A DNA stretch of 45,442 bases. It comes from an uncultured Bacteroidia bacterium (lineage in GTDB: Bacteria; Bacteroidota; Bacteroidia; J057). Below, in pieces: positions 34,994 through 43,916 of this stretch (position 1 is the stretch's first letter; each line of letters opens with the position of its first letter). Location of the stretch: the NCBI GenBank assembly GCA_964534295.1, contig CAZHOC010000001.1, forward strand, positions 1 through 45,442. The letters run 5' to 3'. The notes under the pieces are model-generated. The model was not told the DNA's origin. It worked only from the letters and a program-made list of their open reading frames with translations, and did not search any database. Made by a program: the position numbers and the translations under genes.

Positions 34994-37435
34994 TTAATGT
35001 CTTATCACGCTCTGTATGCTGCGTCGCGTTTCTTGGATCAGTTCGAGATGGTAAAGTCCTTTGGGCAATGCACTGAGGTTGAGTCGTTTTTGTGTTTCAC
35101 CCTGCGGGGAACGCTCATCCGTGATCAGCTGCCCTTGCATATCCCACAAACGAATTTGCGTGGCAGGACCTCTCTCCCAACGGATCATAATCTCTCCCTG
35201 AGTGGGGTTCGGGAATATGCTGAGACCTTGCACCTCCAATAGGTCCGTAATCGAAGTGCTGATGTTTGCCTCCAACGGCTCCACACTTACGTCCAAGGTG
35301 TTTTCGTCTTTGTCGATCATATCGAGACGAGCCACGCTCATCGCAAATGGAATCATCGCTTTGGCGATATCATCATCCATCACTACAATGATATTGGCGA
35401 GGCGGCCGTAACCGCTGACGTTAGCTTGATCAAGGCGTACCTGAGCTAAATCAATTCGGCCGAAGTCCGCTAAGTTTTTACTGTAGCTAAGTAGGTCTAC
35501 GCCATTGGTTCCCAACCAGCTAGGGTTCATATCGACGAGCATACTTTCTACCTGGCTGGTATCATAGTCGAGCGAGAAGGCGATGCCGTATACATCTTGG
35601 GCCAAGGTATCCATGGTGCCCAACCAAACGCCCACTTCAATGGTATCTCCCGGGTCGATTACTGTATCTGAAACGGTGAAGTAAAAGGGCGCGCCATCGA
35701 CGGATTCATCATCGCGTTGGCTAAGATGGGTAAAACCATAGTTGAGGTCAATCGCTAGCGTATCGTCCCGATCGATGGTGCCATTGCCGTCGCTATCGAC
35801 ATGTTTGAGGTTCACGCCTGAAGCGAGGCTATCATTCCAATCAGGGGCAGTTTGGCCGACCCAATTGAGAGAAGCGTTCGGCCGAGCCGGACCCGTAGAT
35901 AAATAATGCAAACCAATCGGCAAGATATCCCAAGCATCAGCTATTTGATCATGGTTGGCATCTCCGGGATAGACTTCACCTGCGATCACACAGCTATCTA
36001 CTCCGGCATCATACCAGGCTTGAATATAATCGGCATCCGCGCCAAGATTACAGGCATTTTGGAGGTAGTTGCCCTCTTTATTGATGATGATTGCCATCAC
36101 GATGGTATCGCTCGCATTGGGGCCTAGCATGAAGGGTCCGCTACTCCCTATCGCCCGACGGTCAATCGGTTGGATGCCGGCATTGGCCATGGTCCAGCCT
36201 ACTTGATTGCAGACATCACCAGAGAAGATGAAGTCAGTTGGGGGGCCACTGGCACTATCCGGATTGCCGTTACCGGGGCCGCCATTGCTGTAATTGTCCA
36301 CAGCGTGGACGCCGGGAGGGTTGCTGGTGCTGGGGATAAAGCTCTGGAGGTTGCCATAGTAGTGCTGCGAAGTGGTTGGTGTGATGGTGAAATCATTGCG
36401 GTAGGTCAGGAAGTTGGTCAACCCCATGTCCTCTCCTGGCTCGTCAACTACACCATCGCTATCATTATCGATCCCATCGTTCAGCGGAGCTGTACCCCCT
36501 CTCAACATCTGAATACCGACAGCAGGAGTATTGGCGCCAAATTGATTGTCATTATTAGTGCCATTGTAGCCGTAGTACATGCCTCGGATGGAGTCTACGC
36601 CTACATAATCATCCAAAAAACCGCCCAAATCAAAATCTGTCCATTGACCGGCATAGACATCAGCATAAGTTTCATTGCTGCGATTGACGAGATGGTATTC
36701 TAGGAAAATGGATTCCTCTAGTTCATTGCCGGGGCAATCATAGCCATAAAGCAAAGCGTGAACCTCCAATCCCATGGGACTCGGATTGTAGCGATCATTG
36801 GCTGGGTCTGGACCACGGTCGTTAAAGACCCACCAGATCATGGCGTCGCCTTTGAGTCGAGGATGATCCCCTTGGTCAGGATTGTAGTCATTGGGATTGC
36901 CGTTTACATCTACCCATGGCGCAGCATTGGCAAGGGTATTGCCATTGAAATCTACCAAAAAGGCCGGCCAGTCATAGACATTGGGGTAGGCGCTGGGGTT
37001 ATCCACGACTCCATTGTCTTGAAAATCTTGTAAATAAGCCTCCAATTCCACCCGATCAATTTTCCAAAAGCGATCATGTTGTGCTGTAGTGATGCTATCA
37101 GTTGCGGCGGTGTTTTGAGAGAGTGGACCCGGCCAAAAATCATAACCAGTACCCTGCCAAGAACCCCAATCATGCACGCTAAGATGAAGCTGGCCACTCT
37201 GGGCGATACCCCCAATCCAAAGGCCAGAGCCTGTTACCAGACCGATATTGGCGTCCTGTGTCATGAGTCCACCAAAAAGATTGTTTTCAAACAGAGCGCC
37301 ATCGCTGCGGACGAAGGCTTTGACATTACCGACCTCGAGCGAATCATAAGCAAAAGGCCATATTTGAGCAGTAAGCGTAGTTGCGAGTGTGAGGATAAAG
37401 AAGGTTAGAAAAGGCTTTTTCATGGTCTTAAACAA
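34994..37435 (-). CDS. Large secreted protein with calcium-binding/dockerin-like repeats, a cohesin-like module and a T9SS C-terminal sorting domain
   Basis: 813 aa with a signal peptide. Repeats are DGIDNDSDGVVDEPGED, GDANHDQIADAWD and VDSDGNGTIDRDD. The cohesin-like stretch is TIEVGVWLGTMDTLAQDVYGIAFSLDYDTSQV. The CTD is LSIFPNPTQGEIMIRW...LPKGLYHLELI. Confidence 0.7.
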   Translation of the reverse strand: MFKTMKKPFLTFFILTLATTLTAQIWPFAYDSLEVGNVKAFVRSDGALFENNLFGGLMTQDANIGLVTGSGLWIGGIAQSGQLHLSVHDWGSWQGTGYDFWPGPLSQNTAATDSITTAQHDRFWKIDRVELEAYLQDFQDNGVVDNPSAYPNVYDWPAFLVDFNGNTLANAAPWVDVNGNPNDYNPDQGDHPRLKGDAMIWWVFNDRGPDPANDRYNPSPMGLEVHALLYGYDCPGNELEESIFLEYHLVNRSNETYADVYAGQWTDFDLGGFLDDYVGVDSIRGMYYGYNGTNNDNQFGANTPAVGIQMLRGGTAPLNDGIDNDSDGVVDEPGEDMGLTNFLTYRNDFTITPTTSQHYYGNLQSFIPSTSNPPGVHAVDNYSNGGPGNGNPDSASGPPTDFIFSGDVCNQVGWTMANAGIQPIDRRAIGSSGPFMLGPNASDTIVMAIIINKEGNYLQNACNLGADADYIQAWYDAGVDSCVIAGEVYPGDANHDQIADAWDILPIGLHYLSTGPARPNASLNWVGQTAPDWNDSLASGVNLKHVDSDGNGTIDRDDTLAIDLNYGFTHLSQRDDESVDGAPFYFTVSDTVIDPGDTIEVGVWLGTMDTLAQDVYGIAFSLDYDTSQVESMLVDMNPSWLGTNGVDLLSYSKNLADFGRIDLAQVRLDQANVSGYGRLANIIVVMDDDIAKAMIPFAMSVARLDMIDKDENTLDVSVEPLEANISTSITDLLEVQGLSIFPNPTQGEIMIRWERGPATQIRLWDMQGQLITDERSPQGETQKRLNLSALPKGLYHLELIQETRRSIQSVIRH

Positions 37436-37617
37436 TTAAGGGGTGAAGACACATTACAATGATAGGAGGAGGAAAAGCCAAAACGAATGATGATTTATGT
37501 GCTTGTTGATGTAATAAGTTGAAAGATTTGAGTCGATAAATACTGGCTATCAGCTAATTAAATATGTAGATTGAGTCGATTTTCGTCTTTGAATTATTCA
37601 AAATCAAGCTTCAAACT

Positions 37618-39069
37618 ATGAAAAACAGCAAGTTGGTGCGCCTATTACGCAAATTAAGCAAGGAAGAACGCCAGCGTTTTCAGGTTTACCTGCAATCTCC
37701 TTATTGTAATCCGCATCCACGGCTTTGCAATTTGTATGAGGCGATTTTGAAATATGCCCCGGATTTTGAGCATAAAAAGCTCAGCAAGGCTCAACTGCAA
37801 AAACAACTTTATGGCGACAAATCGTATCGAGACCAAAAGATCGCCGATGAGATTTCATTGCTCTATCGCCGCCTCAAAGACTTTCTAGGGTTGGAACGTC
37901 AAAAGCAAGAAAGCCTAGCAGACGAAACCGACTCACTCCAAGCATTGAGCGAAAAGGGGCTAAACGATCTCTTTGAGATAGAATTTCGCCGTTTGGAAAA
38001 AGGCTTACTGCAGCGACCCTTCTTGGATGAGACCTATCATCGGCAGCAGTTGGCTTTGGCCGGTGCCCGGAACGATCATTTTGGGCGACAGCACCTACGC
38101 ACTCAGCACGAAGGCCTGGAGAAAAAGCATCAAGCCCTTGATCAATATTATCTCGCGGTCAAGTTGCGCGAAAGTTGTGAGGCCCTCAATCGACAGCACA
38201 TCATCAATACGGAGATACCGATTTTGCTGACGGATGTCCTGATCCAATCGTTGAGCGAAGCTGATCACCCCTACCGCAAAATCCCCGTCATAGACGTCTA
38301 CTTTCACATTTATCAGGCGCTCGCTCATCCCGAAAGTGAGCAGCACTACGAGCAAATGTTGGACATACTAGACATGTACACTTCCTTTTTTGCGCCGGAG
38401 GAGAGCCGCGCCATGTACAAATACGCGCAAAATTCGTGTATCCGTCGTATCAATCAGGGAGCTGAAGGTTTTGAAGAAAAGCTATTTGCGCTCTACCAAA
38501 CCTTGATCGGCAATCAGCTCATCTTTTTTGAAGGCGAGCTCGCTCATACGGACTACAAAAATATCGTCAGTTTGGCCCTCAAGCTAGGTAAGCTCGATTG
38601 GGCCCATGAGTTTTTGCACGGCTTCGCCGAACGCTTGGCCCCGACTTTTCAAGAAAATGCTTTGCGCTACGCGCAAGCAGCCTATCTCACCGAAAAAGGT
38701 GAAACCAAGCAAGCACTCAGTCTACTCAATGCCATTGGTTATACCGATGTATTCTACCAGCTGAGTGCGCGCATCCTGATGCTACGGATTTACTATCAGT
38801 TGGAGGATTATGACTCGATGGCCTATCAGATCAATGCTTTCCGGCATTTCCTCGGCCGCAACAAAGAGATCGAAAAAGACAAGCGTAATCAGTATCTCCA
38901 ATATCTCAGTTGGCTCAAAAAGGTGGCCCGCCTCGCGGAACAACGCCACTTAGAAGACCAAAGCAAATGGCTCTCCCGCCAACAAAAGCTGCAAAATGAT
39001 TTTGTGGCGGCGGCGCCTATGGTGCAGAGGTCTTGGTTAGAGAAGGAGTTGAGGCAGTCTTTTTCTTAA
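37618..39069 (+). CDS. Hypothetical all-helical (TPR-like) protein
   Basis: 483 aa with no signal peptide and helical-repeat character throughout. It is divergently transcribed from the T9SS cohesin/dockerin-like gene. I do not recognise the family. Confidence 0.6.
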   Translation: MKNSKLVRLLRKLSKEERQRFQVYLQSPYCNPHPRLCNLYEAILKYAPDFEHKKLSKAQLQKQLYGDKSYRDQKIADEISLLYRRLKDFLGLERQKQESLADETDSLQALSEKGLNDLFEIEFRRLEKGLLQRPFLDETYHRQQLALAGARNDHFGRQHLRTQHEGLEKKHQALDQYYLAVKLRESCEALNRQHIINTEIPILLTDVLIQSLSEADHPYRKIPVIDVYFHIYQALAHPESEQHYEQMLDILDMYTSFFAPEESRAMYKYAQNSCIRRINQGAEGFEEKLFALYQTLIGNQLIFFEGELAHTDYKNIVSLALKLGKLDWAHEFLHGFAERLAPTFQENALRYAQAAYLTEKGETKQALSLLNAIGYTDVFYQLSARILMLRIYYQLEDYDSMAYQINAFRHFLGRNKEIEKDKRNQYLQYLSWLKKVARLAEQRHLEDQSKWLSRQQKLQNDFVAAAPMVQRSWLEKELRQSFS

Positions 39070-39093
39070 TATCTCTTTGGCTCTTTTTCGATT

Positions 39094-39429
39094 ATTCTTT
39101 GTCCTTTTGTCATTGCTACAAAAGGACCCAAAAATCTAGTCAGCCACGAACCGCTCCACTAGCCGCCCCATTTCCCCGGTCTCGATTTTAAGGATCGGGA
39201 ACAGGGGCCTCACCTCGCCTTTCATTTCGACAGAGGCACGAGAAACGGGCCGACGAGAAATCTCCCTTACCTCAAAACGTTTTACAATTAGGCGACAGGA
39301 GACTTCTCCTCAGCCTGCGGGCTTCGTTCGAAGTGAATTAAGAGTCCAATCCATGCGCCTAGGCTTTTGCACGGGCCGTTCCGATAGCTATCGGGATTGC
39401 TGCCCTTTTTGCGAAAAAGGGCAAAGAAT
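39094..39429. mobile_element. About 336-bp element with a different TIR (ATTCTTTGYCCTTTT) that carries an inverted, diverged copy of the long hairpin module (39223-39335)
   Basis: The left end attctttgtcctttt (39094-39108) matches the reverse complement of aaaagggcaaagaat (39415-39429). Each end also forms its own perfect 10-bp hairpin: 39101-39127 and 39401-39423. The reverse complement of the internal 39223-39335 matches the hairpin arms of E1-E3. Confidence 0.55.
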
Positions 39430-39580
39430 CATGAAGAATGAAAAAGAAAAAAATAACAAAAGTACCAAAAGAAAAACCCATGCAACCTCATCTAAGGATT
39501 AGGCTCCTTTTCTAAAAATAAAGTCATCAAATTAATCCTTTGGACATTCCTACTGTCTAAGCTGATAGATCTCAACACAT

Positions 39581-41143
39581 ATGCGCTTATCCATTCTATT
39601 ACTTTGCCTTGGCTTGAGCATTTCGCTCCAGGCCCAAAATCCTAATATCCTGCTCATTATTGTCGACGATATAGGCGTGGATCCTATACCCGGCTATACC
39701 TCTAATGCTGGGGCGATCAAAGCCAATATGCCGCATCTTCAGGCCTTGGCTGATAGTGGGCTTACCTATGACAATGCCTGGGCTAATCCAGTTTGCTCGC
39801 CGACTCGGGCGGCGATCTTGAGTGGCAAATACGGCTTCCGTACTGGGGTGCTCAATCCGCAGGACCAATCTCGGATCATGAAATCTGAGACCACTTTGCA
39901 TGCTTATCTTGATAGCGCCTCGGGAGGCAACTATGCGCAGAGCTTAATCGGGAAGTGGCACCTTGGCGGTACCGCCAACAATAATTATGATTACCCCGTC
40001 GAAATGGGAATTGACTATTTCGCTGGCATTATGGGCGGTGGCGTGCCCGATTATTTTTCATGGCCTTTGGTCGAAAATGGCCAACAAGCCACAGATACTA
40101 CTTACGCGACGACAAAACTTACCAATCTTGCTATTGATTGGATTCAAGCCCAAAATCAGCCTTGGTTTTGTTGGTTGGCTTACAATAGCGCCCATACACC
40201 TTATCATCTGCCGCCCGCTGAAATGCATACGCAAACCGGATTGAGTGGGGATTCAATGGATATTGAAAACAATCCGCTGCCTTACTATCTCGCGATGATC
40301 GAAAGTCTCGATTATGAATTAGGGCGCATCATGGACAGCATACCTCAAAGTATGCTCGACAATACCACGATTATTTTTGTAGGAGACAATGGCACCCAAA
40401 GGGGTGTGATTCAAGCGCCTTACAATGGCCAAAAAAGTAAAGGCTCGCTTTATCAAGGTGGGGTACACGTGCCCATGATCGTTTCGGGAGCGGGGATTAG
40501 TCGCCAAGGTGAGCGTGAAGCATCATTGATCAGTGTGACGGATATTTTCCCTACGGTATTAGAGTTGGGTGGGATAGCTACACCTTCGGTGAACGATGGA
40601 TTTAGTTTTTATTCCACCTTTAATACGGCCAATAGTGGCATTCGCCACTGCGCCTATGCGGAGGTGGATGATGGCAGCGACAAATCTGGCTGGACGGTAC
40701 GTGAGGATACCTTTAAGTTGATCCATTTTAGCAATGGTACCGATGAAATGTACGATCTTTTGCAAGATCCTTATGAAAACGTCAATCTCTTGACTGGCCC
40801 AACGCCGATGACTGCTGCTCAAACAGCGGCTTACCAACGCCTGAGCAATTTGTTTCAGGATAGTGTTAGCGCCTGCATTTTCCCCGCTAGTCTGAGCACC
40901 AGCAACGAACAAGCGTTCCGCGCAGCGGCCCTCCAAATCTACCCCAATCCGCTGCAAGACCAGCTACAAATCGAGTCAAGCGCCATGATCCCTCTTGATT
41001 ATAAAGTCTATGACCTAAGAGGTCGGATCATCCAAAGTGGCGAGCTCCAAAGCGGCAAAAACCAATGGAACACCAGCCAATGGCCAGCCGGGATTTATGT
41101 GATTGCGGCCGGAGAGGAGAAGCAAAAAGTGATTAAATATTGA
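39581..41143 (+). CDS. Sulfatase (FGly-dependent) with a T9SS C-terminal sorting domain
   Basis: 520 aa. Motifs are the signal peptide, NILLIIVDDIGVD, the FGly motif CSPTRAAILSG and GKWHLGG. The CTD is LQIYPNPLQDQLQIES...WPAGIYVIAAG. Confidence 0.9.
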   Translation: MRLSILLLCLGLSISLQAQNPNILLIIVDDIGVDPIPGYTSNAGAIKANMPHLQALADSGLTYDNAWANPVCSPTRAAILSGKYGFRTGVLNPQDQSRIMKSETTLHAYLDSASGGNYAQSLIGKWHLGGTANNNYDYPVEMGIDYFAGIMGGGVPDYFSWPLVENGQQATDTTYATTKLTNLAIDWIQAQNQPWFCWLAYNSAHTPYHLPPAEMHTQTGLSGDSMDIENNPLPYYLAMIESLDYELGRIMDSIPQSMLDNTTIIFVGDNGTQRGVIQAPYNGQKSKGSLYQGGVHVPMIVSGAGISRQGEREASLISVTDIFPTVLELGGIATPSVNDGFSFYSTFNTANSGIRHCAYAEVDDGSDKSGWTVREDTFKLIHFSNGTDEMYDLLQDPYENVNLLTGPTPMTAAQTAAYQRLSNLFQDSVSACIFPASLSTSNEQAFRAAALQIYPNPLQDQLQIESSAMIPLDYKVYDLRGRIIQSGELQSGKNQWNTSQWPAGIYVIAAGEEKQKVIKY

Positions 41144-41152
41144 GCTAAATAG

Positions 41153-41191
41153 CAAAAAAGGAGTATGCAGATAAGTTATCTGACATACTCC
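41153..41191 (-). terminator. Probable intrinsic terminator for the monooxygenase gene, in the convergent gap
   Basis: ggagtatgcagataa (41160-41174) pairs with ttatctgacatactcc (41176-41191) with one bulge. On the minus strand the hairpin is followed by a T-run, the complement of aaaaaa at 41154-41159. Confidence 0.6.
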
Positions 41192-41215
41192 CCTACACTC
41201 CTCTAAAGGGAAAAA

Positions 41216-42796
41216 CTATTTAGATACCACAATAGACTTGGTAGCGAGGACTCTATTGTCGTTGCTCAGGCGGACGGCATAAATGCCTGCCGCAAGCTCT
41301 GAGACAGCAAACTCCAGGCGATGATTGCCGGGGACTTGTTGTTCTTCATGGGCGAGCTTCTTGATCAGGTTGCCTCGCACATCAAAGAGTTCCAGCTTGA
41401 TGCTTTGAGCTTGATCGAGATAATACTGCATAATCACCTGATCCTCCGCCGGATTAGGAAAGGGCGAAAACAAACGACTGCCAGTCAAGCTCTCTACCTC
41501 TTCGAGACTCGTAGTATTTCCCCCGCCAATGACGATATTTTCATCTCCCTCCTCATAAAAGACAAAGTTGGTTCCTACCAGATACATTTCGTCCGCAGTC
41601 CCTTCCCCCCAACTGACAGTCTGCGGCGGGTTGTTGGGATTAAAAGGATTGCTGCTGGTATTGTCGTAGGTCGCATTGACGTGGAGGATGGCCCCGGCTG
41701 GAATCTTTTTCATCCGATCGAAAGTATAAGATCCCTGCCAGTTGAAATCCCAATCCGCAATGCGGATGATATTGATGGTGTCGCCCGTGAGCGTTTCGGC
41801 GTAGATCTCCCAATCTGTGCCAAGGTAGTGCGCATGTGGATAAATGGAGATCAGGCTGATATCATCGGTAAGAGTTTTGCTGCCGTGGAAGGACTTGACT
41901 TCATCAGGCGGAATCGAAAAAGAAAACCAACCACCATCTAGGTCAAAAGGAGTGATGGGGGCCCGTTCAACCTCTCTCACGATGGTGTCGCTAGGTTCTT
42001 TAAAAAAGATATTGAGCAGTGAGCGATCGGTCTCGTTTGTAGGTAAAGGGGCGTAGTGAATCTGCATCAAAAGATCTGCTCCAGCGGGCAGCGTAATGCC
42101 AATCCCTTCGGGATAAAAGATAGGCTGAATACCAGGTGTATAACCCGTAAAATTGCCTTGCGTAGGCACACCAAAGTCGCCAAAAGCTTCATAACCATAG
42201 CCAGGCGTTTGTGCGTCTAAGGCGGCGGCTTGACCGTTGATCTCATATGCTAAGAGCGCATGGTGGACAGCCCGCTTATTGCCTGGTCTAAACTCAACCG
42301 CTGCGATTTCTTTGTCTTCGGTCAGCCCACTGGGCAGGACAAATACTCGGTAGTCGTCTTGATTATTGCCTTGGATAAAGTAGTCCTCCGACATCTCCAA
42401 GACGAGGTCTGGAGTGCCTAATTGCGAACCACTCGGAAAGCTGGGCAAAGCAGGCTCCAAGGTAGGATCACCTTGAGGCACCCCTGCCGCTACCCAATCG
42501 GAGATCATTTGGATCTCTTGCTCGCTCAAGCCACTCTGGCCGATAAACTGACTGTACTCACGGTCAGGCTTCCAAGGCGGCATATAGCCGATTTGAGTTA
42601 CGTATTCGATCATGCCGGCCCAAGCGGCTACTTCATTGTAGTTGGTCAAGGAGAAGGGGGCGATCTCCCCAGGGCGATGGCAAGAGGTGCAATTGTTGTA
42701 AATGATTGGGGCGATGTCTTCGCTAAAAGTCACTTGAGCAAAGGCTAGGTTCAGCGTCATCAAGCCCAAACAGAAGAGGGATAATAAGTATTTCAT
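41216..42796 (-). CDS. Secreted fusion of a c-type cytochrome domain, a PHM/DBH-like copper type II monooxygenase and a T9SS C-terminal domain
   Basis: 526 aa with a signal peptide. The heme-binding CTSCH sits in FSEDIAPIIYNNCTSCHRPGEIAPFSL...MPPW. All six PHM copper-ligand contexts are present: AVHHALL (HH), MQIHYAP (H), YPHAHYLG (HxH) and GTADEMYL (M). The CTD is LFSPFPNPAEDQVIMQYY...LAAGIYAVRL. Confidence 0.8.
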   Translation of the reverse strand: MKYLLSLFCLGLMTLNLAFAQVTFSEDIAPIIYNNCTSCHRPGEIAPFSLTNYNEVAAWAGMIEYVTQIGYMPPWKPDREYSQFIGQSGLSEQEIQMISDWVAAGVPQGDPTLEPALPSFPSGSQLGTPDLVLEMSEDYFIQGNNQDDYRVFVLPSGLTEDKEIAAVEFRPGNKRAVHHALLAYEINGQAAALDAQTPGYGYEAFGDFGVPTQGNFTGYTPGIQPIFYPEGIGITLPAGADLLMQIHYAPLPTNETDRSLLNIFFKEPSDTIVREVERAPITPFDLDGGWFSFSIPPDEVKSFHGSKTLTDDISLISIYPHAHYLGTDWEIYAETLTGDTINIIRIADWDFNWQGSYTFDRMKKIPAGAILHVNATYDNTSSNPFNPNNPPQTVSWGEGTADEMYLVGTNFVFYEEGDENIVIGGGNTTSLEEVESLTGSRLFSPFPNPAEDQVIMQYYLDQAQSIKLELFDVRGNLIKKLAHEEQQVPGNHRLEFAVSELAAGIYAVRLSNDNRVLATKSIVVSK

Positions 42797-42814
42797 TGTC
42801 AGTAGGCTTGGAGA

Positions 42815-43384
42815 TTAGTTGGGCTTCACTTTGCTGATAAAACAACCCACTGCCGGCGCATTTTGGGTTTGGATGACTTGGCCATTGCTTATGGCTGCTA
42901 GCACATCCTTGAGCTCAGCAGTGTGGGTGATACGCTTGCGTTGGCCGACTCTGGCGTAAGCATCGTCGATGCGCCCTTGGTAGAGGATTTGGCCTTGGGT
43001 CTCGTTGTAAACCACGACTTCAGGAGTAATGGTCGCGCCAAAGGCTTCGGTCTTTGCTTGACCCTCGTCTAGCTGCAAGGCAAAGGGAATCTTATAGGTA
43101 GCCTTAAACTCCTGAATCTTTTCGACCTGAGAAGAGGCATTTGGAAAGAGGCCTACGAAGCTGAGATTTTCACTGGCGTACTCTTCATGCAATTGGCGCA
43201 GTGGGAGCGTATAGTATTGACTGATCAAGCAAGCCTCGTGCAAAAACACATAGACCGTAATCTGATCGGTGGAGGCTAGTGCTGATCCAGCTTTTGACTG
43301 GGTCGAGCCAAAGCACAATAGCCCCAAGAGAAGCAATAAACTCTGTTTCATGACATTTGGGTTTGTTAGGTTGTAAAACCTCAA
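42815..43384 (-). CDS. Thioredoxin-fold (redoxin-like) secreted protein with a CxxS motif
   Basis: 189 aa with a signal peptide. VYVFLHEACLISQYY occupies the position of the redoxin WCxxC motif. It lies 18 bp upstream of the monooxygenase gene on the same strand. Confidence 0.6.
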   Translation of the reverse strand: MRFYNLTNPNVMKQSLLLLLGLLCFGSTQSKAGSALASTDQITVYVFLHEACLISQYYTLPLRQLHEEYASENLSFVGLFPNASSQVEKIQEFKATYKIPFALQLDEGQAKTEAFGATITPEVVVYNETQGQILYQGRIDDAYARVGQRKRITHTAELKDVLAAISNGQVIQTQNAPAVGCFISKVKPN

Positions 43385-43512
43385 AATGATCTTCTGAAGC
43401 AGAGTTTGCCGCTAAAATCCAGCGAATTGAACAAATCTCAAGTTGAATTGACCATGAGGAGAGGGCAGGCTGAATTTCGGATGCTGAATTTTGAAGGTTA
43501 TGTTTTTTTTTA

Positions 43513-43642
43513 CCGCTGCGCGGAACGCTTGTCTCTGATCAAATGATTATTCGTTTTACAAAAATGTAGCGACGGAAAATTTTCCGTCGCTACGGATCGT
43601 ATCGATCGATACCATTTTGTTTTTTGGGACAAACGTTCCGCG
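43513..43642. mobile_element. Minimal 130-bp TIR-bounded element E5 with different cargo
   Basis: The left end is ccgctgcgcggaacgcttgtc and the right end is gacaaacgttccgcg. The interior holds a 28-nt perfect palindrome gtagcgacggaaaattttccgtcgctac (43566-43593) and a 14-nt palindrome gtatcgatcgatac (43599-43612). An 18-nt perfect palindrome tcccgaaagctttcggga follows at 43643-43660. Confidence 0.7.
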
Positions 43643-43731
43643 TCCCGAAAGCTTTCGGGAGTAACCCCCCCAAAAAAAACTGAGCGACTAAAAAAAACCG
43701 CCATAAACGCGAAAAAATGAGGTTTTTGCCT

Positions 43732-43767
43732 AAAAAAATGAAGCGACACAAAATCTTGTATCGCTTC
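43732..43767 (-). terminator. Probable intrinsic terminator downstream of scpA
   Basis: The hairpin gaagcgacacaa/ttgtatcgcttc (43740-43767) has a 12-bp stem with one mismatch. A-runs flank both sides, so a U-tract follows it on the minus strand. Confidence 0.6.
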
Positions 43768-43916
43768 AAAAAAAATTAGGGGACTCAATCCCTATCGGGA
43801 GAGTCACCCTAACCCCTAGCTTCTGTATCTGGCGTAATGCCTATGACTCTAAGGTCGGGCAAATTATTTTATTTACCAAATCATCCAATTAAAAAAATAT
43901 GTATGTGGTGGAAAGG

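Noticed and set aside
39432-39503. A tiny Lys-rich ORF (MKNEKEKNNKSTKRKTHATSSKD) lies in the long intergenic gap.
   Set aside because: It is produced by an A-rich tract next to the element terminus. Nothing supports it as coding.
18348-41143. There are two FGly-type sulfatases but no sulfatase-maturing enzyme (FGE or anSME) in the window.
   Set aside because: Maturases are commonly encoded elsewhere in the genome, so absence from a 45-kb window tells us nothing.
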